Assembly: GCF_006345805.1 (NCBI RefSeq)
Contig: NC_043002.1
Span: 90,892,001-90,956,000 of the forward strand
Length of the DNA stretch: 64,000 bases
Origin: Octopus sinensis
Lineage: Eukaryota
Reading direction: 5' to 3'
The translations under genes were made by a program, and so were the position numbers. The notes beneath the pieces were generated by a model. The model saw nothing but the letters and a program-made list of their open reading frames with translations, was not told the DNA's origin and ran no database searches. Every line of letters starts with the position of its first letter. Position 1 is the first letter of the stretch. Shown one piece after another: positions 55,448 through 64,000 of the stretch.

Positions 55448-55589
55448 GTTATATTTCAAAAGTACTAGTCGATATGAAACAGAAAAGGAAAAACTGCTGT
55501 TGGCATATCAAATCAATGAGGAAATTGTACAGGGTCGATTCCCTTTGAATAGGGATTTGGCTGTAGAATTAGCATCATTAATGGCACAG
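55448..55589 (+). CDS. PLEKHH1/2: Internal exon of PLEKHH1/2-like gene, FERM central lobe
   Basis: Acceptor ccattggcAG, donor GTaaag. The first G completes Arg, then LYFKSTSRYETEKEKLLLAYQINEEIVQGRFPLNRDLAVELASLMAQ. 142 nt, phase consistent with the preceding exon. Confidence 0.93.
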
Positions 55590-56009
55590 GTAAAGCAATT
55601 TTTGATATTTATTTGATTCTTTCATAATCCTTTTGTTTTTCAGTTTTTGCTTTTGTATTTTTCATCTATTTGTTGTATTAATTTGAATTATTAAAGTTGC
55701 AGACATGGCTATGTGGTTAAGAAGCTTGCTTTCCAAACCCGATGTGGTCCTGGGTTCAGCCCCACAGTGTGGTACTCTGAGCAAGTGCCTTCTACCATAG
55801 CCACAAACTGACCAAAGCCTTGTGAAGGGATTTGGTAGACAGAAACTGAAAGAAGCCCATCATATGAGTGTGTGTGTATATATATATGTATGTATTAAAA
55901 AATCTTAGGGTAGCAAAAAAATATTTATAGAAAAATTCTTTGCTACCAGTAGTCTAGCGAGAAGGAAAAAATTTTAGTCAATAGACTATATATTATTCAT
56001 AGAAAAATA

Positions 56010-56146
56010 CAGTGTACATTTAAACATATAAGAGATGACCATGATAGGACATCTGACACAACTGCTCTTTCTAGTGAGTCAGATGTCCCATTATGGTCAT
56101 CTCTTATGTGTTTAAATGTACACTGTGTGTACATTTAAACACATAT
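56010..56146. repeat. Short hairpin element (48 bp arms, 20 nt loop) plus re-inverted terminal piece
   Basis: cagtgtacatttaaac...catctgac / gtcagatgt...aaatgtacactg, followed by gtgtacatttaaacacatat again. Confidence 0.65.
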
Positions 56147-56609
56147 ATACATATATATATATATATAGCAAGAGAGAGAGAGAGAGATGTAAAGGTAAGA
56201 TCCATAAAAGATATAAAAAACAACTTTCAGGAATAATAGTGGTTTATTGATGCAGAAGGCTGTAAATTTTCCCCATATCAAAATATGCTGAACAATAAGC
56301 TGATAAATGGTTATTTTGTATTTCATGGATAGCAAATGGGGTTGCTGTATATGCGAATAAACATCCAAAATTAGGGAATGGAGAAGATAAAATCCAGGCT
56401 ACATATGTTTCATAGCTAGGCATAGGCGTGGCTGTGTGGTAAGTAGCTTACTTATGAACCACACGGTCCGGGTTCAGTCCCACTGCGTGGCACCTTGGGC
56501 AAGTGTCTTCTACTATAGCCTCAGGCTGACCAAAGCCTTGTGAGTGGATTTGGTAGACGGAAACGGAAAGAAGCCCGTTGTATATATGAATATATATATG
56601 TATGTGAAA

Positions 56610-57008
56610 TCTTTATATATAAAAGAGAGGTTGTGTGCTGTCTGTCTCCTACGATTTAGATTCCTAACTACTCCCACATTTTGCGGTGCAGTTTAACCAA
56701 AACCGGGTATCTTATAGTCGTGATTCATATCGAGCCCTTCTGGGTATTAGCACGCGTCTACGATGAGTCTATGATTTAAAAAAAAATTTACCATCAATTC
56801 TTCCCATTTTTTATGCATTTTTGGCATATATAAGGGAAGTAACTCTCTAAAAAATTATTATTATTAAATCTCAGAACGTAAAAAGCTACAGTAACAACCC
56901 CCCTTTGTGGTTAGCCATATTGAGATGGCTATTATACTTTACATCTCTAAAAATGCTTATATAGTTATTTCCCTTACAAACCCAAGCAACGCCGGGCGAT
57001 ACAGCTAG
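56610..57008 (+). mobile_element. Non-autonomous Helitron
   Basis: Begins TC after A, ends CTAG before T, with subterminal GC-rich stretch cccaagcaacgccggg. Homologous to 21320-21712 in the opposite orientation. Confidence 0.8.
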
Positions 57009-57389
57009 TACATATATATATTTCTCATCCAGGCTGATATGCATCCCTCTATACCAGCAGTCTTGTCTCTTAGACACTTCATTTCATACCTTTCTACCTA
57101 CTTTATCTCTCAGTTCATTTGTACTATGGTTTATTTACATTAATATCACACGCAGAGGTTTGGGAACCTGGGATGTAAGTGCAACCCCTAAAACTTTTGG
57201 TGGGCAATGAAAACGCTTTGAACACCCTTCCTGAAATATGTAATCAATAAAACAAACGGGTGTGGAAATATTTTTGGACTAAACTGAAACATTATTTTTC
57301 CATTATTGAATTTTTCTGATTCGATTCCTATACAAATACACATTTTAGATCTGGGTTTGCATCCACTAAGCAGATTTTGTTTCTGCAAT

Positions 57390-57960
57390 TATGATTACAC
57401 ATCCAGTAGAGTATGATCTTTCCCTTCACTTCTTCTCAGCCTTCACACATACTCTACATTTCGTGTCCATGTTTTTCTACTAAACATAATCACATTTTAT
57501 ACACAAACATCATAGAATAATATGCCCTTAACTTGGATAGAAATTACCTTTGTCACCAGTTCACCTGCAGACATAATGTCCCCGAACTTTTCCAACTATT
57601 CCTGTTCTAGCTATTATATCTGCTTCTAGAATAATTCCATTGTTACTTAGGTTGCCTTGCAAATAGAAGCTATCAACTGCTTCAGGGAGCCTTTCAAGTT
57701 GTTGAAAACCTTTAACTTTTTGGATGCTTTTACTGCTATCCCATACACTGGCTGCCTACAAACCCTTATTCTCTGACAGCCTGTGGTCCCACTACATCTC
57801 TTGTACAGCCATAATTTAAATTGGCATGTACAATGCAGAGTTCCTATAAATACATTTACTGACTAGCAAGCACGGTCTCTTACCACATAGCAGTAGATTC
57901 CTGTCTTCTTGCTTGTTGACTAAAACTTTTGTCATTGCTAGGTTTACTCTCTTCCCATTA
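57390..57960 (-). mobile_element. Degenerate RTE-type LINE fragment
   Basis: Minus-strand KVNLAMTKVLV and LYKRCSG segments. Part of it is also similar to 3170-3245 of this window. Confidence 0.5.
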
Positions 57961-58211
57961 AATTATACTCTATGCTTCCATTTCTTTCTCTTTTACTTGT
58001 TTCAGTCATTTGACTGTGGCCATGCTGGATGACCGCCTTTTAGTCAAGCAAATCGACTCCAGGACTCATTCTTTGTAAACCTAGTAATTATTCTATCGGT
58101 CACTTTGCCGAACCGCTAAGTTACAGGGACGTAAACACACCAGCATCGGTTATCAAGCGATGTTGCGGGGACAAACACAGACATACAAACATATACACAC
58201 AGACACGCAAG

Positions 58212-58258
<47 letters not shown>

Positions 58259-58530
58259 TTCAACAATTGAGGGTAAAATTAATTAATTAATTAATCAATT
58301 TCACCAAGTATTCAGTATGCAAAGGGACCATTTAAGGCAAATTCAAATTATTACATTATATAAAAGGGCTTAGTAAAATAAATTACTTGCCGCATACTGA
58401 ACTCGTTAGAAATAGCAGCTAAAAAAACTATTTCTAACACTTAAAGAAACCTCTCTCATATATTGTTTGCTCAATTCAACCCAAGAAGTATGAGGGTAGA
58501 GACATTAAAAAATCAAATGCAAAGGTTATT

Positions 58531-58583
58531 TGAGTACGTACGTTTCAAGATTAGCCAAAATCGACCCTTCTCTCATCAGCTCA
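58531..58583 (-). ncRNA. Minimal type-I hammerhead ribozyme motif (antisense copy in left palindrome arm)
   Basis: Reverse complement of the 58929-58981 motif: tgagtacgtacgtttcaaga...tctcatcagctca. Confidence 0.8.
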
Positions 58584-58928
58584 GAATGCCCTTGTTTGAG
58601 TTTGAAAACACTGAAAATGGGAGCATACCCTTTCGGCTTGTTATCGCTTCTGAAGATCTGTTCCCAACTAACAGTGCTAACTAACTCAAATATGCAAGAG
58701 AAAAATTTCTGTTCTCCCCTTTCCACCAGCGTGGGTTAAAATCAGCAAACACTATGATAGTGTTTGCTGATTTTAACCCACGCTGGTGGAAAGGGGAGAA
58801 CAGAAATTTTTCTCTTGCATATTTGAGTTAGTTAGCACTGTTAGTTGGGAACAGATCTTCAGAAGCGATAACAAGCCGAAAGGGTATGCTCCCATTTTCA
58901 GTGTTTTCAAACTCAAACAAGGGCATTC

Positions 58929-58981
58929 TGAGCTGATGAGAGAAGGGTCGATTTTGGCTAATCTTGAAACGTACGTACTCA
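58929..58981 (+). ncRNA. Minimal type-I hammerhead ribozyme motif
   Basis: TGAG-CTGATGA-GAGA..TCTT-GAAA-CGTACG-TA-CTCA: stem I TGAG/CTCA, full core, stem II GAGA/TCTT, palindromic stem III ACGTACGT. Predicted GUA cleavage after 58977. Confidence 0.85.
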
Positions 58982-59482
58982 AATAACCTTTGCATTTGAT
59001 TTTTTAATGTCTCTACCCTCATACTTTCTTGGGTTGAATTGAGCAAACAATATATGAGAGAGGTTTTCTTTAAGTGTTAGAAATAGTTTTTTTAGCTGCT
59101 ATTTCTAACGAGTTCAGTATGCGGCAAAGTAATTTATTTTACTAAGCCCTTTTATATAATGTAATAATTTGAATTTGCCTTAAATGGTCCCTTTGCATAC
59201 TGAATACTTGGTGAAATTGATTAATTAATTAATTAATTTTACCCTCAATTGTTGAAATTATAATTCATCTCTCTCTACTTAATTGTCTCGGATTTTACCG
59301 AAAAAAAGCATAGTGTTTGCTGATTTTAACCACGCTGGTGGAAAGGGGAGAACAGAAATTTTTCTCTTGCATATTTGAGTTAGTTAGCACTGTTAGTTGG
59401 AAACAGATCTTCAGAAGCGATAACAACAAGCCGAAGGGTATGCTCCCATTTTCAGTGTTTTCAAACTCAAACAAGGGCATTC

Positions 59483-59535
59483 TGAGCTGATGAGAGAAGG
59501 GTCGATTTTGGCTAATCTTGAAACGTACGTACTCA
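59483..59535 (+). ncRNA. Minimal type-I hammerhead ribozyme motif (tandem copy)
   Basis: Same sequence as 58929-58981. CTGATGA at 59487-59493, predicted cleavage after 59531. Confidence 0.85.
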
Positions 59536-59705
59536 AATAACCTTGCATTTGATTTTTTAATGTCTCTACCCTCATACTTTCTTGGGTTGAATTGAGCAAA
59601 CACTATATGAGAGAGGTTTTCTTTAAGTGTTAGAAATAGTTTTTTTAGCTGCTATTTCTAACGAGTTCAGTATGCGGCAAAGTAATTTATTTTACTAAGC
59701 CCTTT

Positions 59706-59737
<32 letters not shown>

Positions 59738-60249
59738 ATACATATATATTACAGGCTTCTTTCAGTTTCCATCTACCAAATCCACTCACAAGGCTTTGGT
59801 CGGCCCAAGGCTATAGTAGAAAACACTTGCCCAAGGTGCCATGCAGTGAGACTTAACCTGAAACCATGTGGTTCGTAAGCAAGCTACTTACCACACAGCC
59901 ACTCCTAGTTCATGTTTAGAATTTTTTACTCTATGTTTATGACATTCAGCTACAAGAACTAAGTCATTAGCATATAGGAGTTCTCACTGAGGTAAGGTCT
60001 TAAACTCCTCTTTTATGACCTACATAACTTTAACAAATAGGAGAAGGATTAGAATTGAGCCTTGATGCTTGCTTACTTATTGCTTATGACAGCACATCGA
60101 TTGGTTGAAATTGCAGAAATTGAAGAAAAGAAACAATAAATATCTTACAAACTATAGAATTTTCTTAATAAAGCCAAGAGAAAAAGATGTTTTATAAACA
60201 CATTCTACCTGGATAAGAAGTTTAAAATTGTTTAGTTACCTAGAAATTA

Positions 60250-60560
60250 TGTTAAAAACTGCCATTCAAACCAAAAAGATCCGTTTATGAAGACATCTTC
60301 TCCTCTCTTCATGTAATCTTCCGTGTTCAGGTCAATGCACTCTACTCCAGCAGCCCACATGGACCTCCATGTCTTCCAGTTAACAGCCAGGGCCTCCAAC
60401 TGATTGGGAGGGACACTGCTTAAAATGAAAGATTGCTTGAGACACCTAATTGTGCACAAATCTCCTTGCTAACTCTCACCTTGCTGACAGTGTCTCTGAA
60501 TATGGCTTGCTCAGCTCTCACAAAACCACTCATCTACATTTCATTTTCTTAGCCAGACTA
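60250..60560 (-). mobile_element. RTE-like LINE 3' relic
   Basis: ORF 60247-60459 CLKQSFILSSVPPNQLEALAVNWKTWRSMW resembles the RTE ORF terminus (WE.LA.DR..WR). Confidence 0.45.
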
Positions 60561-60617
60561 CAGAGCAGAGGAACCTGTCAAACACTATCTTCAGATCAAT
60601 ATATATGAGCCATAGTG

Positions 60618-60998
60618 GAGCGCAATGGCCCAGTGGTTAGGGCAGCAGACTCGCGGTCATAGGATCGCGGTTTCGATTCCCAGACCGGGCGTTGTGAGTG
60701 TTTATTGAGCGAAAACACCTAAAGCTCCACGAGGCTCCGGCAGGGATGGTGGTGATCCCTGCTGTACTCTTTCACCACAACTTTCTCTCACTCTTACTTC
60801 CTGTTTCTGTTGTACCTGTATTTCAAGGGCCGGCCTTGTCACTCTCTGTGTCACGCTGAATATCCCCGAAACTTCGTTAAGGATACAGTGTCTGTGGAGT
60901 GCTCAGCCACTTACACGTTAATTCACGAGCAGGCTGTTTCGTTGATTCGGATCAACCGGAACTCTTGTCATCGTAACCGACGGAGTGCTTCCATCCAC
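60618..60998 (+). mobile_element. SINE family C (tRNA-like head GCGCAATGGCCCAGTGGTTAGG) with 13-bp TSD
   Basis: ATGAGCCATAGTG at 60605-60617 and 60999-61011. B-box-like GTTTCGATTCCC. Confidence 0.88.
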
Positions 60999-61872
60999 AT
61001 GAGCCATAGTGTTTAACTTTGCTAAAAAACTTTCCTTTAGATGTCTCTCTAGGAGTGCACCAATGGCACCTGGATGTAGTACAACCTTAAAAAGCATCTC
61101 ATTTTAAGTTTTTTTGTTTATTAATTGAGCTATAATTTTATTTATTTATTTTGTTATTTTCATAACTTGGTGCATCAGTTTGATTCCTCTGTAGTTCCTT
61201 CTTTCTCCAGCATCTTTGTCCTTGTAGCTGCTATTGCTGTTGATACCGATACACCAGCCATTCAGAATGGCCCCTTCCTGATTGGGTATCTTGGTGACTA
61301 GTAACCTACATTACTGGATATTTTCAATGAAAATATATGTGCATGTATTCAGAAGTGTGTGTGTGTTTGTGTGTTTGTGTGTGTATGCAGAGAGAGAGAG
61401 AGAGAGAGATTGTTAGATAGTTATGCTTATAAATATACATACAGATGTATATATATATATATATATATATATAAATATACATACAGATGTATATATATAT
61501 ATATATATATAAGTGTATGTTTATTAGATATGTTTTTGAAATGATGTGATATATGTTTTCGTTTGTGTATATGTTTGTACAACAATCTTGATACAAAAAT
61601 GCAAATGAAATATGTAAACAAGTGAATAAAAAAAACATTAATGAAACAAACAAAACAAAGAAGGAAAAATATGGCAGTGCTTCAGCATGTATGATTTAAT
61701 GGTTTCAACTTAAAGAATCATAAAGAAAAATCTTTTCCTTTTCCTTTATTTTCTTCACATTGTAAGCTTTCTGCTTGTCAATATTGGTAATCCAATATGG
61801 CATCAAGGAAAATGTATTTGTTGCTGGGTGTGCAGTAAGCTGAGTTTTATACAGTAACCAGAGATGGTCGAA

Positions 61873-61909
<37 letters not shown>

Positions 61910-61927
61910 AAATAAAGTGATATTCTA

Positions 61928-61966
<39 letters not shown>

Positions 61967-62009
61967 CGTCGTCGTCGTCGTCATCATCATCATCATCATC
62001 ATCACCACC

Positions 62010-62043
<34 letters not shown>

Positions 62044-62062
62044 TCATCATTCTCTTCTTCTT

Positions 62063-62137
<75 letters not shown>

Positions 62138-62798
62138 TGTATATTGTGTTTGTTTGTGTGTGCGTGTGTTACTGTGTATTTGCACAGTTTTATATACATA
62201 TCTACATTTTAAGTGGCATTTGACAAATTACATATCATTTAAAATCATTACAAATTAAAACTGACTAAACAACGTTGTATGTATCTGTATTCAGTTGAGC
62301 AAAGAAGTGTAATTGGAAAAAGATAAAATTCAGCTTCCATATTTACTTAAACAGTACATATGTTGATATCTATAGAAAGTAGATACTCTTATAGAAACGG
62401 TATCTTAGATAATAGAATCAACTGCTATGGCAATATTGTATAAAGATGGTGATGTTTAAGCATCATATTACTGGCTGCTGCAGGAGGAACCTCTTTGAAG
62501 TATGTTGTTTGGTAGGACTGGAATATAAGCCACATGTTTGTAAGTACTAATTTTACAATGACTGGCCCATGTGTAAAAATTCGAGCGAGGTCGTTGCCCG
62601 TACTGCCTGACTGGCCCCCGTGCCGGTGGCATGTAGAAGCACCCACTACACTCTCGGAGTGGTTGACGTTAGGAAGGGCATCCAGCTGTAGAAACTCTGC
62701 TAGATCTGACTGGAGCCTGGTGCAGCCATCTGGTTCGCCAGTCCTCAGTCAAATCGTCCAACCCATGCTAGCATGGAAAGCGGACGTTAAATGACGAC

Positions 62799-62829
<31 letters not shown>

Positions 62830-63397
62830 TATTGTTGTACCTCCAAGTATGGCCTGTTAGGTATGGTTTGGGATGAATGAATAAAACCAGGTTCCACTCT
62901 CTGTATGAGAGTTCACAGTTTAACAGTTGGAAGAAGAGAGTCCTTCATATCTTTTTCCTTCTAACTTTTACTTGTTTCAGTCACTGGATTGTGGCCGTGC
63001 TGGAGCACTGCCTTGAATGGATTCAGTAGAATTAGTAAAAAAAATCGACTCTGGTGCTTACTGTTTTAACTCTAGTACTGATTCTATTAGCCTTGTTTGC
63101 TGAACTGCTAAGTTACAGGGACATAAACAAACTGATACTGGTTCTCAAGGAATGAGGGGAACAAACACAAATATGTATACTTCAACCATGTAACCACACA
63201 TGTACTTTTCTTGAACTATTCTTTGCCCTCTCTCTAGAGCTTTCCTTTTTCCCCTTTCTGATGAAGAGCCATACTCAAAACATCTCCCCACCTTTTTTCT
63301 ATCTTAAACTGAATGTCAACCTAATATTTTCACTGTGTACATCCTCTTGGCTTTTGTCGTTTTTATTTTTAGTTTTTAATTTGCCTATATACATACA

Positions 63398-63435
<38 letters not shown>

Positions 63436-63830
63436 TATATATATATATATTCATATACTCTGTGGAGTGGTTGGTGTTAGGAATGGCATCCAGCTGTAAA
63501 ACCCCTACCAAAACAGACACAGAAGTTTGGTGTGATCATCTTATTTTTTTATTGCCCACAAGGGGCTAAACATAGAGGGGACAAACAAGGACAGACAAAG
63601 GGATTAACTCGATTACATCGACCCCAGTGTGTAACTGGTACTTAATTTATCGACCTCGAAAGAATGAACATCAAAGTTGACCTTGGCGGAATTTGAACTC
63701 AGAATTTCGCCCGGCATGCTAACGTTTCTGCCAGCTTGCTGCCTTTATCACGCCATCTGGTGTGATCTTCTGTCTGGCCAGCTCCTGTCAAACCATCCAA
63801 CCCATGCCTGCATGGAAGACGGGCGTTAAG

Positions 63831-63867
<37 letters not shown>

Positions 63868-64000
63868 ATGATGATGGGCTTCCACGCAGTTTCCTTTGAC
63901 CAAATTGACTTACAAGGCATTGGTCATTTCAGGACTGATCAATGCAGAAGACACTTGCCTGAGGTGCATTGCAGTAGAACTGAACCCAAAACCCATCTGG

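Larger units (their letters stand above)
58257..59711. mobile_element. Penelope-like pseudo-LTR cluster: ~500 bp palindrome (58257-59258, axis 58756) plus third tandem copy (59310-59711)
   Basis: Left arm 58257-58755 is the near-perfect reverse complement of 58757-59258. 59310-59711 repeats the right arm directly. Each copy carries a hammerhead motif. Confidence 0.75.

Noticed and set aside
58463-59603. Repeated 62-102 aa ORFs in the palindrome
   Set aside because: No recognisable domain. Copies differ by frameshifting indels and recur only because the DNA is repeated.
60618-60690. tRNA-like sequences (also heads of SINE A and B)
   Set aside because: They run directly into SINE bodies with TSDs and do not form a complete cloverleaf, so they are not called tRNA genes.

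Overview
AT-rich, microsatellite- and SINE-dense eukaryotic DNA. The repeat landscape resembles an Octopus (coleoid cephalopod) genome, which is my inference. Only about 574 nt look like host protein-coding sequence: four + strand GT-AG exons (9093-9270, 24970-25125, 37821-37918, 55448-55589). They splice in frame into the MyTH4-FERM region of a PLEKHH1/PLEKHH2 (MAX-1)-like gene, separated by 12.7-17.5 kb introns, and the gene continues beyond both ends of what I can identify. The rest is intronic. It holds at least four tRNA-like or modular SINE families, a 5'-truncated R4/Dong-type RLE retrotransposon inside TAA repeats, CR1 and RTE relics, two non-autonomous Helitrons, nested TTAA and hAT MITEs, minisatellites and three young tandem duplications. 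The most notable signal is a set of unrelated inverted-repeat (foldback) insertions whose arms carry minimal type-I hammerhead ribozyme motifs with palindromic stem III, the architecture known from Penelope-like element pseudo-LTRs. The best example is a ~500 bp palindrome plus a third tandem copy at 58257-59711. It places two canonical hammerheads 554 nt apart on the sense strand of the host pre-mRNA. All assignments were made by eye and no database searches were run.
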